From Naegleria gruberi (taxonomy: Eukaryota), in assembly GCA_000004985.1 (NCBI GenBank), contig GG738853.1: 64,000 nt of DNA. One strand, given 5' to 3'. A program made the translations under genes and the position numbers. The notes under the pieces are model-generated. The model was not told the DNA's origin, made no database searches, and was given only the letters and a program-made list of their open reading frames with translations. Of this stretch, positions 48,203 to 59,648 are shown one piece after another; position 1 is the stretch's first letter, and the number at the start of each line of letters is the position of its first letter.

Positions 48203-51202
48203 TTACTCAATTTGCACATTGAAGAATTTGATTTTGGAAATGTGGCTGCAGGTAGCTCTGAAATGATCTTCAGCCTTATAATCGATAGTTAGTTCGCTCT
48301 CTTCAACCGGCTCTTCACTTTCGATTGGGAAATAACAGTGATTGAGAGTGATACTCTGTAAGTTATGATTTGTGATAAGATATTTGGCAATTCGTTTGAA
48401 ATCCTTTTCCTGTGGAGGAATGCAACTAACTAAACCAAGACTCTCAAGGGTAGTATTTTGCAGTAACAGGTTGGTGAGAAGCATCTTGTCGAAAACTATT
48501 TGGTTTTGATTGAGTTTGCATCTCTTGATATTCTTTGAGTTTCCAAGCATGTGAAGAGATTTGTTCGTAATTCCACAATTTACAGCTTCAACTTCCTCCA
48601 AACGTTCAAAGGTAAAGAGTACCAGAATTAATCCTTCATCTCTGATATTCAATCCATTTAAAAAGAGCGATTTCAATGACTTTTTCAATGAATGTTGCAA
48701 ATTACCGCAGTGAGCAATTAAACCCTTCAATACATTGACACTCATTGGGTTATAGCTCAAATTTAAGGAATTTAAATTCTTCCAATAGCAAACTGGCGTT
48801 TGGTTTCTTGGAGAGGAAAAGAGTGGTGACTGATTCATAAATCTATCATTGAGCGAATTTCTAGACAAGTCCAGATGCTTGATACGATTGCAGAGTGGAG
48901 AGTTTGGTGAAAGGAGAGGAGCTACCTTGGCATTATCCATTGAACAATTCCTCAAAATTAATTGTCTGATAGAAGTTGACTGACAAATGAGAGACAATCC
49001 CTCAAGAGTAATTGGGTGATTGCTTAAATCCAAAAAGGTCAGCTTTGTGTTGAGCTGAATGTCCTTTAACCCAGGTCCCTGTATCATTGAAAATGAGTCT
49101 GGATTATTGTTATCAGTTTGAATGAGCCTTCCTTTACACTTAAAGTTAGTAACCACATTCTTTCCTGCATTGGTCACAAAGAGATATTGAATGGCTTCAT
49201 CTCTTGTTTCCATACCACTAATATCCAACACACAAAGATTAGGATGATTACTCACACTAATACATATCACATCTCCAATATTATAGTCAGTATTTTTACA
49301 ATAACGTAATGTAAGTCTTTTCAAATTCTTATTTTCTTGGAGTTGGCAAACTGAATTGTGAGAAAGTCTCGATGACAAGTATTCAATCTTCAAGTTTATC
49401 AAGGTAGGAAGGCCAGAGAATAACAATTTGAGTTGGTTTGGTTTGAGCATTACCTTACTGAGTTCCAATGTTGTGCAGGTAAACAGCTCAGGTTGTGAAT
49501 TGAACAATAGCGTACCGTCCACACGTGTTCTCCAAACAAAGTACTTGAGATTTGGCAAGTTTTGAATATTTACAGTTGACATTTCTTTCAAACTACCAAT
49601 TACTAGTTCCTCAATGTTATTCATAATATTATGGACACGGTTTTGATTCAAATTACAGGTTATTTGCTTTGTTTTCCTGTGGAATAGTCCGTGATGTTCC
49701 TTGTGATGAAGTTGAGTGCTCTTGTCATTTGCACCTGTTTTACCACTACTGCTGGCCTCGCCATCCAATAATAATGAATTCATATCATCATTGGTAATGT
49801 ATTCAGTATTAATATAGAGTTTCTTTAGAGATTTCATGTGTTGCAATAGGAAAGGAAGCTTTCCTTTCAAAGTGGAAAGGCAGGAATAGTTGGAATCAGT
49901 TCTAAACTGGATAAAAGAGAGAGATTCAATCTTTGCAAGTGGTACTCCCTTGAAAAGAGGCCCTATTTCCGTAAAATCAATATTAAAATTGTCTGATATG
50001 TAAATATGTTTGAAAATCAAAAAGTAGTCGTGTGTACTAATGTTTCCTCGTTGGAAGAAACCCAATTTAAATTTTCCAAAGAATAATTTGAAATAATTAT
50101 CCTTATTGAAGGATGTTTTTGTTGTTTTGGAGAGGTATCTTCCAAATGGAAGAGAAATAAAGTTCATAATGTACAAAATTAGTTGAGGATTCAAAAATTT
50201 CTTAACATGGGTGGTGATTGGATATTTATCCACTACCAATCGAATTAGAGGAGGTGACATATCATTTCTATGCAAATCACTATCCATATTACTAGTCGTG
50301 AATTTTCCAATGGTTGATTTTCCAGGTTTGTGTTTTTCCTTCAAATCTCTCTTGATGGCTTCTCGTTGTAAAAGTCCTGGATCCAAACTTCTTCTCATAT
50401 CCTCACCTGTATCTGCAATTACTTCCTCACTTGGCACTTTTTTAAGGTCGTTACTAACTTCGGAATCGTGTTGTTTTTCATGATTTCCTCTCGGAGACAG
50501 TTTTTCAATGAATTTCTTTGGTTTGCTCAGAGCATTAAGGAATGATTCTTTAAAACTAACTTTTCTTGGTGTCTTTTTACGTTCCGATGAACCAGATGGT
50601 GGTGATGATGATGAATTAAAACTAGTATTAGGACTTGCTGAACTTCCACTGCTATTAGGTGAAGAACTCAACCCATCTTCAGGTGAATTTGGTGATAAAT
50701 TCAACATGGTCGTTCTTGTTGTGATTGGATTCTGACTACTACTCTTCGGCTGTGCAAAATGTATTAAACTTCCAGATTTAACTCTTGTACTTGTTGTTGA
50801 TGAAATATTCATATCATCCAATGTAGTAGATGTGACTGCTGAATTATTTGATGAATAATTCATCTTCCGAGATGATGATGAAGGTGATAGAGGTGTAGGT
50901 GGATGAGTCGTAATCTCAAAATCACTAATCATTGTCTTTAACTCACAAACACCAACCGATTGGCTTCTTCTATGGCACGGAAGACTTCTCTTCAAAGGCT
51001 GCTTTGGAGGTGATGATTCCATCCCTACTGCCTCCATCATTCCCAAACAACTACTACTACTACAAGAGCTATCACTACTACTCATAATACTTTCACAACT
51101 ACTACTACTACTAAAAATCTGGTTGCTGCTGTTACTCATTGCCAACAGATTTTCCGTTGAAGTGTGGGTACCAGCTAGGGATGCAATATCGTTCCCGCTC
51201 AT
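48203..51202 (-). CDS. large RNI-like leucine-rich-repeat protein with S-rich N-terminus
   Basis: Single 999-aa ORF. The first roughly 200 aa are Ser-rich. Cysteine-containing LRRs run through the body (LRNCSMDNAKVAPL, IKHLDLSRNSLND, LTFLDLSNHPITLEGLSLICQS). Confidence 0.55.
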   Translation of the reverse strand: MSGNDIASLAGTHTSTENLLAMSNSSNQIFSSSSSCESIMSSSDSSCSSSSCLGMMEAVGMESSPPKQPLKRSLPCHRRSQSVGVCELKTMISDFEITTHPPTPLSPSSSSRKMNYSSNNSAVTSTTLDDMNISSTTSTRVKSGSLIHFAQPKSSSQNPITTRTTMLNLSPNSPEDGLSSSPNSSGSSASPNTSFNSSSSPPSGSSERKKTPRKVSFKESFLNALSKPKKFIEKLSPRGNHEKQHDSEVSNDLKKVPSEEVIADTGEDMRRSLDPGLLQREAIKRDLKEKHKPGKSTIGKFTTSNMDSDLHRNDMSPPLIRLVVDKYPITTHVKKFLNPQLILYIMNFISLPFGRYLSKTTKTSFNKDNYFKLFFGKFKLGFFQRGNISTHDYFLIFKHIYISDNFNIDFTEIGPLFKGVPLAKIESLSFIQFRTDSNYSCLSTLKGKLPFLLQHMKSLKKLYINTEYITNDDMNSLLLDGEASSSGKTGANDKSTQLHHKEHHGLFHRKTKQITCNLNQNRVHNIMNNIEELVIGSLKEMSTVNIQNLPNLKYFVWRTRVDGTLLFNSQPELFTCTTLELSKVMLKPNQLKLLFSGLPTLINLKIEYLSSRLSHNSVCQLQENKNLKRLTLRYCKNTDYNIGDVICISVSNHPNLCVLDISGMETRDEAIQYLFVTNAGKNVVTNFKCKGRLIQTDNNNPDSFSMIQGPGLKDIQLNTKLTFLDLSNHPITLEGLSLICQSTSIRQLILRNCSMDNAKVAPLLSPNSPLCNRIKHLDLSRNSLNDRFMNQSPLFSSPRNQTPVCYWKNLNSLNLSYNPMSVNVLKGLIAHCGNLQHSLKKSLKSLFLNGLNIRDEGLILVLFTFERLEEVEAVNCGITNKSLHMLGNSKNIKRCKLNQNQIVFDKMLLTNLLLQNTTLESLGLVSCIPPQEKDFKRIAKYLITNHNLQSITLNHCYFPIESEEPVEESELTIDYKAEDHFRATCSHISKIKFFNVQIE

Positions 51203-51626
51203 TTTTTTTTAGTTTGATTTTATAACGTTGAAAATCCAAACTTTTTCTTTAATTTTCAAAATGGAGAAGGAGCTTTTAGTAAGGCGGACTTTGAGTGGAG
51301 GAATTGGCTGTTGGCGGATGTAAGTGTTGGACATTTTCAACCTGTTGGTTCTGTGGAACTATTACAAGATTTTTGAATTCTACTGAGCTAGGTAAAAGAT
51401 AATGAACTTTTCACAGGAAATTGTAATACGACCAGCATCGCTTAGAATTAGGAGAACAATCCATTTACAGAAACTAAAAATGAAATTTCCCATTGTAATA
51501 TTATGAGAAAGTTCCTTGTTGACCAACAACCATTGGTTGGCTTTGCATTGTTGCATGGAAATAATTTCCTCAACCAAATATATTCATTAGCGTGTTTGTG
51601 GAAAGTGATTGGTGAGTGAAATCGCA

Positions 51627-53162
51627 ATGAAAAGCAACAATAGCTTAGTATTTCATTGGGTCATCCGTAAAAAAATGAGACGTATTCACAAAAACGCCAC
51701 TTGTCAGTATTTCTTCTTGGCTGTTTGTTTAGTTCTCTGTGGAGTGATGGTTGTTCTTGGTGGAAAGCCAAACAATACACCTGCTAATGATCCTTCTTTG
51801 ATTCAAAGAATTAATTCTAAAAATCTTGGTTGGAAAGCAAAAGCTCACAAAATTTTCGAAGGTAAAACTTTAGGAGAATTGAAGAAGATGTTTGTGGTGG
51901 ATCCATCTGTAATGGCACACTTTAAGGATGCCATTGATATGATCAATCAACAGGCTAAGGAGAAGGAAGCAAATCGTGTTGGTAATAACAATAATAATAA
52001 TGGCATTTCCTCCAATGTTTCTAAAAAGAAAGGCGATAGTATCAAGATTAGAAAAACAAAAGGAAATAACAAGAACCCTGGAAAAAAGACCAATCCTTCT
52101 TCCACAAAGAAAAGCACTGCTTTCAAGAAAACTAAATCCAATAAGAAGTCCATGAAGGTTATTCCTCAAAAATCTTCATCACCTCCAAAAAGAAGCAAAC
52201 CTGCCACCAAAACTAAAGTACGCTCTCCAACCAACAGAAGAAAAGTTACCACAACTGTAAAAGCAACTAAGAAAGCAAATAAGAGAACTCTTAGAATCAG
52301 CTCTGGAGGTGCCAGCACACTTGCCGCTGATGGAAGTGGAATACCAGAATCATTTGATGCTAGAACTAAATGGCCAAATTGCAAACCACAAATAAGACAC
52401 CAACTTGAATGTGGTAGTTGTTATGCCTTTACATCAACTGGTGCATTGGCTCACAGATTTTGTGTTGCATCTCGTGGCAAAGTTTATCCAAATTTAGCAC
52501 CAGATTATCTTGTCAGATGCAATTCAGAGACGAAAGCATGTAAGGGTGGAAAGACAACTTCAGCCTGGGATTTTTTGGAAAAGACTGGAGTTCCAACCAG
52601 TGAGTGTGTAAAGTATCGTTCTGGACATTGGAATGTCCAAGCATGTCCAGATGTTTGTGATGATGGAGCCACTCCATTGAAAATGTACAAAACTAAACCA
52701 GGAAGTTTCAAGCAATTGCAAGGAGAAATGGAAATCAAGAGATCAATCATGAATGAGGGCAGTGTCCACACCATCATGATTGCCCTTCGTGACTTTTTGA
52801 CCTATGAAAGTGGTATCTACACAAGGAATTCGGATACACTTGTTGGAATTCATGCTGTGCAATTAATTGGTTGGGGAAAAGAGAAGGGAGAATCTTATTG
52901 GATTGGAGTTAACAGTAAGTTAATTAACTAGTTTTTTGCATCCTAAATGATTTTACAATTTGCTTGATAGGTTGGGGAGAAACTTGGGGATTAAATGTAA
53001 GTAATGCAACTATTAACTTTTAGCCTTATCAATTTCAATAATGTAGGGATATTTCAAGTAAGTTTGTTTTTTGAACGATTTGAATGTTTAACATTTCACA
53101 GAATTAGAATGGGTGAAGTCGCCATTGGTGGTCAAACTCATGCAGCATTACCACAACTTTAA
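51627..53162 (+). CDS. cathepsin B-like papain-family cysteine protease with Lys-rich low-complexity insertion
   Basis: join(51627..52914,52971..52996,53047..53057,53102..53162), including micro-exons of 26 and 11 nt. Introns are 56, 50 and 44 nt. The splices reconstruct ..IGVNS|WGETWGLN|GYFK|IRMGEVAIGGQTHAALPQL*, matching the cathepsin B C-terminus [26 protein letters not shown]. The active site is CGSCYAF with His in GIHAVQLIGWG. A roughly 170-aa K/N/S/T-rich insert follows the signal-anchor. The track ORF begins at TTG 51609. Confidence 0.75.
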
Positions 53163-54027
53163 TATTGTTAGAATAGTAATAAATGTTTTCCAGTAAGATC
53201 CTCGTGGATGGAAAATTTGTGGTGATTAAACCATTAGCATCACTTGGAAGAATCCAAGCAACAATAAATTATTTCGATATAATTGCTCTTTTTTGCATAT
53301 GGGTCCAATTAAGGTATTTGACACGTTGGTATAGAAGAGAATCTGCAAGTTTTTTTGGCTGATTTTCTGAGAGGTTCATTTCGCGCAATATTTGTTTTGA
53401 ATAACACTTTCCTTAATTGATATTCGTTAAATTGGTTGTTTTATTGGCCATACAATTTTCTGAGTATGTTTTACAATCTCGGGGCTGACTTTAAAAATTC
53501 AAATATCTTTTCCCAATCAAATCTCTAAAGACTTTGCGAAGTATTTGATCTAATAGTACCTAGTGCCTTGTAAATTGTTTGAATTGATTTGTTAAAAGTC
53601 AAGAAGAGGATGGAAACAATATGAATTAAAGTTGAAAAGGAAAAATTATTCATCTCTCTATTTTCCCTTAAATGTTTGGTTGACTCACTAAAATGAGATT
53701 TGATCACGTTATATTCTCCAAATTTTCTTGATCTATCTCTCCAAGAGTAACCACTGTTAGGTATTATGATAAGGGAGATACATTATTAATAATGTTGGTT
53801 TTTTGAAAAGGTGCGTGTCCACGCGACTTCAATGGATGGTACTCTACCATCTACGGGTATGTAGTGTAATTTTTAGGAATTGAAGAACAATTCCAGAGGG
53901 AGCACAATTAAGGAAAGCGGTAAATAGGTGTAAAAACACGACCAAAAAGCTCCAGTGATATAGAATGAATCTGTAGAAATTTTTCCAACAATAAAAAAAT
54001 CCTTAATATTCCACTAAGGACCTTGGG

Positions 54028-54963
54028 ATGGGGAACTCACAACCAACCAACATAACTCTATCAAAGAAGGTACCACCATCCTCACGCTCTCCTCAACCAC
54101 AGCCAAAACAACAACAATACAGAGTGCAACCATCCTCTCCAACTAAAATTCTGCCAGCAACAATCATTAATGAAACAATATCATCCTCTCCAAAGAAGAC
54201 CAATAGCAGTAGAAGGTCTTCTCTGGTGAGTGACTATGAAAGTCCAGAGCTATCAAGTTTGGTCTTTGGTTTTGTTGTGGGAACACCTCCAAAACGCTCT
54301 GATTCTCTCTCAAACAATAGTGACACGACTAGTGTTATGAGTTTCGGGAGCCCTCAATCAGCACCTCCAGTCTTTAGCCCATCCAGAAAGAGAAGCCAAT
54401 CATTGTACAAGGAGCAACGAATGGTAAACTCGTGCAAGGAATTGAAGAAGAATAGAATTATTCCTGTCAATGCTGAAGTTGCCTTACCAAAGTCAAGTAG
54501 TATGCATGCCCTTCGTACAGATAAAAATGATGGAATCAGCAGAGGTAGATCATCAACATTAGGCTCTGTTCCAAAAAATGGCATTTCCAGAAGCTCGTCA
54601 TTCAGTAATAATAATGGTGGTATTTCTGCTGTGGTGGCCAATCCTTATTCTATTGTTGGTCCAAGTAGTCCTAGCTCACCTAGATCAATTCCTTCTTCTC
54701 CTTCCTCACCTAGCTCTCCGCTCCTTCTCTCTCTCTTCTCATCATCATCTTCTAATATGATAGCTAGCAGCAATTCGCCTCCTTTGTGTATTGGAATTAA
54801 CAGAAATACTGTTCCATTAATACATGTCTCAACACCTGAAGAACCTCATGCTTATGAGCACTTATCGCCGACAATCCAAGAAGTTCTACTCTCCAAACTC
54901 GATAAAACATCCAAAGATAAGGCATTGAAAAAGCTTTCTAGAGAATCAGCCTTTGTAAAATAG
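54028..54963 (+). CDS. hypothetical Ser/Pro-rich protein
   Basis: 311-aa ORF, MGNSQPTNITLSKKVPPSSRSPQPQPKQQQ... with S/P-rich low complexity. No recognisable domain. Confidence 0.35.
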   Translation: MGNSQPTNITLSKKVPPSSRSPQPQPKQQQYRVQPSSPTKILPATIINETISSSPKKTNSSRRSSLVSDYESPELSSLVFGFVVGTPPKRSDSLSNNSDTTSVMSFGSPQSAPPVFSPSRKRSQSLYKEQRMVNSCKELKKNRIIPVNAEVALPKSSSMHALRTDKNDGISRGRSSTLGSVPKNGISRSSSFSNNNGGISAVVANPYSIVGPSSPSSPRSIPSSPSSPSSPLLLSLFSSSSSNMIASSNSPPLCIGINRNTVPLIHVSTPEEPHAYEHLSPTIQEVLLSKLDKTSKDKALKKLSRESAFVK

Positions 54964-55095
54964 TCACACAAATGTGCCATAATAATTCATCCAATGTAAA
55001 TAATAGATTCCATTCCCATCCTAAATGCTTGTATACTAAATGCGTGTATACTAAATGATCATCACTGAATTCTGTAATAAACCGTTCACCCTCTC

Positions 55096-55911
55096 TTATT
55101 TATTCAAACTATTGGCCAATTCTTCTTGTGTGTAAAACCCCTTAACACCTTCCTTGGAAAGGAAATAGTTTGCACATTGGGCTATATTCAAATTGAAACA
55201 TTCCATAATACCTGAGCCAACAGTTTTCAGATAGGATACGTGCGCCTTATTTACAATCTCATCTGAAAAGCAACTTGTTGTGAATGAAATAATTGGACAT
55301 CCATCCACTGGATGGATACCTACAAGTACTATATTCCCATACCAAGTATTAAATAGTTTGTATTCTGCAACTCCTGTTTTCTCTTCCTGCTCCAAACATT
55401 TTCCTACAATTTCATTGAATTGATTATCCAATTTTTGTTGAACAGCATTTCCTCCCTTACTATGACACTCCACATGTCCATTCTCCTGTGAAACAACATC
55501 CACAAATTGTGAATATAATATTTTGTGTATCCTTCCGAGTACTAGATTGTTGAATTCTTGATGAGTATTATTAGCACCATCGAAAAGGCTTGAATGTTCT
55601 TTGTGATTATAAATTTCAAAAGAATTTCCCTTCTGATTCTTCCTAATAAAACAGACACCTCCTCCGTGCCATGTTCTCGACACCCGAGAGAATATCATTT
55701 CATAATTCTTTAATAATATTCCTTCCGAACTCAATGGAGGAGATGAAACTCTTGCTCCACTAATACTAGGAGCATTAGATCCACTTCCTTGTGGTTTGCC
55801 TCCGCATAGATAGACATTAAATCGATCAAGATTGCAATTTGATCCGTATGAACAATACCAAACGTGTTGTTCTTGTTGTTTTTCATCTTGATGATGGCTT
55901 TGTGCTGACAT
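55096..55911 (-). CDS. gamma-glutamylcyclotransferase-like (AIG2/GGCT fold) protein
   Basis: 271-aa ORF. VWYCSYGSNCNLDRFNVYLCGG matches the YGSN loop of GGCT family proteins. SRTWHGGGVCFIRKN matches the downstream TWHGG motif. Confidence 0.5.
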   Translation of the reverse strand: MSAQSHHQDEKQQEQHVWYCSYGSNCNLDRFNVYLCGGKPQGSGSNAPSISGARVSSPPLSSEGILLKNYEMIFSRVSRTWHGGGVCFIRKNQKGNSFEIYNHKEHSSLFDGANNTHQEFNNLVLGRIHKILYSQFVDVVSQENGHVECHSKGGNAVQQKLDNQFNEIVGKCLEQEEKTGVAEYKLFNTWYGNIVLVGIHPVDGCPIISFTTSCFSDEIVNKAHVSYLKTVGSGIMECFNLNIAQCANYFLSKEGVKGFYTQEELANSLNK

Positions 55912-56458
55912 TTTTTTGTGGTGATGAAATGGATTACAATTTAGTATGAAATGAATTTAGATTACAATGCAGTGAGAAAAGGGAATACGAATATTTTCAT
56001 CATCTTTCTCATTTTAACCACCTCCATTATATTTCAAAACTGTACAACCTGGTTATTCAATATTGCTTACAAGAATCATCTTAAACCTCCGTATTTAATC
56101 CTCTTCACTCCAATAAAAACGAATAAATCCACTTCTTACCTCTTCCATAAAAATCAAGGCATATTCACCTTCCATATTCCTCTTAATCTAAACTAACTCT
56201 CTTTACATCACCTCTCGATTTCTTATGTTCAGTAGCCTTTCCAAAAAAAAGTTCATCAATCCTTCATACGCGTTTCATTGTTGCTCTACTTTGCAAATTT
56301 CATAACCCAAGAATAACCGCACAGAGGCGGATGAATATTCTCGTGTGCTTGTTTGGGCATCGGATGATGAAGACAACCAACGAATTGAAAGAATAACAAC
56401 AATAAGAATAACTTATTTGCTTGGACTGAAATATATATATTTACTTCAGCAAAACAAA

Positions 56459-58312
56459 ATGACTAGAGATATATCCTCTCATCAGATAGTGCTATCGGAT
56501 CAAAGTCTAGCCAACAATCAACAGCAGCATACATCCAATGAAAGTAGTGATGGCAGTAGTACTTGCAACCAGCAACAGCATCACCAGGAGAATAGTCCTA
56601 GACAACAAGAACAACATGTTTCAATTGTAAATAGTTGTCAATCAGAACAGTCTTGGATTGCTTTGACTCCGAGGGATTCTTCAGAGCATAATCATCATTG
56701 GAATAGTAATAACAACAACAACACTCCACCATGCGTACAATCCGTACTTGTGGATGAAAAGAAGGAAGAAATGGAATTAGAAGATGTTTGTGGCAGTTTT
56801 ATTGGAAATCAAAAAGAAAAACAATCAATGAATGAAGAACTGAAAGATATTTGTCAGGAGATGAAGGGTATTGGAATATCACCCAGTGCATTGCAATTAG
56901 AGTTAGCAGAGAAGGGAGAATGTCTTCAAGATGTAGGTCTCATTTCTCAGGTTTCAGTCTTTGGAATTTCATGGTATTACAAGAGGACGAGGTTGCAATT
57001 TTGTTACAAGTGCTGTTTGCTGTCGACTCCATTGTTGTGTCTATGCTGGAGCACAATTCTCTTGCTTACCTTATTCTTTGTTGCATGTTTTGGATACTAT
57101 TCTCACATGCCAATTGATGGCACTGGATCATGTGCTACTCTATACTATAGTGAAAATGTATTTGGTCCTATTGTAACAATGGCTGATTTGAATTTGGAAA
57201 AGGAGAAACTATTCTTCTCCTCTCTGGATTTTATGAATTCTACCACCACTTCAGATAATTTACCAATCAATTATTACAATACTCTCATGACACACAATTC
57301 ATATCATCGAAGAGGAATGATGGCTTCATTCATTCCTTCAATGAATTACGAACACGACTCTTTAACAAATCAACTCAATAGAAATGTTCGAGGATTGGAG
57401 CTGGACATTCACTTGAATAGAAGAACGGAAAGATTTCAGGTTTATCACATTCCACTCATTGATGATAAGAGTAATTGTAATTGTTTTTTAAGTTGCCTTT
57501 TGGAAATTAAGAATTGGATGACAACCAACACCAAAAACAATGACAAACCAGATCTCATCACCATTTTCATAGAGCCAAAGTATGCAAGAGACTTTGTTCC
57601 ATTCTGTAGAAAGGAAGACACACATACCCTTCCAAATTTGATGAATGAAATTCTTAGAGTATTCTCACCAGAGCAAATATTGACACCTGCCAAACTTAAA
57701 GGAGACTATTCAAGTTTGAGAACAAGTGTTAGTGGTAGAGGATGGCCTTTGAAAAGTTCAGTCAAAGGTATGGTTCTTTTTGTTCTCAACTTGTGGGATG
57801 AGAATGATGAATGTAAATATCTACTCAGAAATGAGAAATCATTATATTCCAATAATGTAACCTCCATGGATTTAATATTCTACAGGGAGTATTGGAATAA
57901 TATGGCCTCCGCTAAGAGTGATTCAGTATTCTTTGAGGTTGACGATGCTAGAGTATTCATGAATACGAGTGCTGTTGAACCAATGCTCGTTTCCAATGCT
58001 CTCCTCGATCAGAATACTTTATACGTAGAGGATCCTAGCTATATCATTTCTAGTCCTGTTACAAAGGCAGTCCAACGTGGCTACATGATTCGTTGTACAG
58101 CTGGAGCTGTTACTGAATTGAGAGCTCGAATTTCGATGGCCAAGAAGAAGAATCCAAATCTCAAATTGAAAGATTTGAGTAAAACAGAGGCATGTCTTAG
58201 AAGTGGAGCTCAGTTACTCAACACTGATTATCCCTATGCTGACCTATTTTTATCCCTCTTTACCAATCAAACCTTCCAAAATCCACTCTTTTCAAATAAC
58301 AATAATGGATAG
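56459..58312 (+). CDS. PI-PLC X-domain-like (PLC-like phosphodiesterase TIM-barrel) membrane-anchored protein
   Basis: The track ORF starts at GTG 56345; the first ATG is 56459 (MTRDISSHQ). A Q/N/H-rich N-terminus is followed by a TM segment (LLCLCWSTILLLTLFFVACFGYY). The catalytic-core signature is MTHNSYHRRG..NRNVRGLELDIHL. Confidence 0.55.
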   Translation: MTRDISSHQIVLSDQSLANNQQQHTSNESSDGSSTCNQQQHHQENSPRQQEQHVSIVNSCQSEQSWIALTPRDSSEHNHHWNSNNNNNTPPCVQSVLVDEKKEEMELEDVCGSFIGNQKEKQSMNEELKDICQEMKGIGISPSALQLELAEKGECLQDVGLISQVSVFGISWYYKRTRLQFCYKCCLLSTPLLCLCWSTILLLTLFFVACFGYYSHMPIDGTGSCATLYYSENVFGPIVTMADLNLEKEKLFFSSLDFMNSTTTSDNLPINYYNTLMTHNSYHRRGMMASFIPSMNYEHDSLTNQLNRNVRGLELDIHLNRRTERFQVYHIPLIDDKSNCNCFLSCLLEIKNWMTTNTKNNDKPDLITIFIEPKYARDFVPFCRKEDTHTLPNLMNEILRVFSPEQILTPAKLKGDYSSLRTSVSGRGWPLKSSVKGMVLFVLNLWDENDECKYLLRNEKSLYSNNVTSMDLIFYREYWNNMASAKSDSVFFEVDDARVFMNTSAVEPMLVSNALLDQNTLYVEDPSYIISSPVTKAVQRGYMIRCTAGAVTELRARISMAKKKNPNLKLKDLSKTEACLRSGAQLLNTDYPYADLFLSLFTNQTFQNPLFSNNNNG

Positions 58313-58319
58313 AATAATT

Positions 58320-59504
58320 TTATTGGTTATTTTCTGATGTGTTCTTCATTCTCTTTTGATAGATTCTGAACACAATAATACATCCAAGAACTTGATTAAT
58401 AATTTGTTGAGCATAGAGCACAAAAACAAGAGCAATTTTGGTGGCATCCCACTCACCATCCTCTTCCATAACATGATAGACCAAAACACCTGAAATAATT
58501 GTATCAATGAAGAGAGCTCCCAATACAAATCCACACATTATCAATCTCTTCTTTACAAGCAAAATTGGAAGAATGGTAACCAAAACACAAGGTATCAAGT
58601 GCACAACTGAATTCACAATGACCATGGCAGCTGTATAAAAGAATAGAATTGAAGTAATGACAATAAAGACAGTCATTAATCTATTCTCCTTCACCCACTC
58701 AATAATATTCCTTGGTTTGTTCTCCACTTCATCTACCTTGATATGGTGTGCCTCAATGTCAACATCAACTGGAGCATGAATAAGAGTTGGTTGAATCATT
58801 TCTGGAGTTTCTCTTGGTAAATCATAGATAATTTGTTGTTGTGGAGGAATCATGACTGGTTGACTGTAATGATTTGGATTAATGTATTCAACAGGTTGAA
58901 ACTCTTGGGTAGTAGTACTGTACGGATTTTGATGATCATAAATAGTGTCATGAACTAAATTGTCATTGTAAGGAACACTTGCTTCTTGATGCATTCCATA
59001 TTCGATTGCAGAAGATTTATACGAATCTTGGCTCATTGGTTGTTGGTAATTGTTATTATTATTACTTGCGTTCATCATTTCTACTGACTGAATTTCTTGG
59101 TTATTGTATTGATTTTCAACTGGCTCTTCTTGTTGAATAGGAGACGAAACTTGAAAATATTGATTTGAAACACTTTTGAAAGATGCAAATTCCAAATCAG
59201 ATTCGTCTATTTCTTCTTCGCTTTGAGAAATGATACTAACTGGTGAATCAAAAGAATTTGAATAATAATTTTGATTAATTTGTAAATTGAGAGAAAGCTG
59301 TGGTTGATTGGACGAAACTGTTTTACTACTATTCGAATAATCAAAAGCTACAGTTGTTGGAGTTGAAGAAGGAGGAGATGATGAATGAATAATAAGAGTT
59401 GGAACTTCCTCTTCGTAATTAGAATCTTCTTGTTGAAAGTAAGGATTGTGGTTTAATTGACTTGTATTTTCTTCAACTGTTTTCTGGTTGTTAATGCGAG
59501 TCAT
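58320..59504 (-). CDS. hypothetical membrane protein (low-complexity N-terminus, 3-4 C-terminal TM helices)
   Basis: 394-aa ORF. The N-terminal roughly 270 aa are N/Q/S/Y-rich. The C-terminus has hydrophobic helices (LMTVFIVITSILFFYTAAMVIVNSVVHLIPCVLVTILPILLV, GFVLGALFIDTIISGVLVY, ALVFVLYAQQIINQVLGCIIVF). Confidence 0.4.
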   Translation of the reverse strand: MTRINNQKTVEENTSQLNHNPYFQQEDSNYEEEVPTLIIHSSSPPSSTPTTVAFDYSNSSKTVSSNQPQLSLNLQINQNYYSNSFDSPVSIISQSEEEIDESDLEFASFKSVSNQYFQVSSPIQQEEPVENQYNNQEIQSVEMMNASNNNNNYQQPMSQDSYKSSAIEYGMHQEASVPYNDNLVHDTIYDHQNPYSTTTQEFQPVEYINPNHYSQPVMIPPQQQIIYDLPRETPEMIQPTLIHAPVDVDIEAHHIKVDEVENKPRNIIEWVKENRLMTVFIVITSILFFYTAAMVIVNSVVHLIPCVLVTILPILLVKKRLIMCGFVLGALFIDTIISGVLVYHVMEEDGEWDATKIALVFVLYAQQIINQVLGCIIVFRIYQKRMKNTSENNQ

Positions 59505-59648
59505 TTTCTAATTAAATAAATAAAACGAAAATGTTTTTAAAGAATTTGAATCGATTCATGAAAAAGACTATTTTTGTCAAGGAAATTTAAATGCCCCATT
59601 TTTGGAAAGTAGATCAAAAACAAGTACTTTCCTGTTATATAAATTAGT

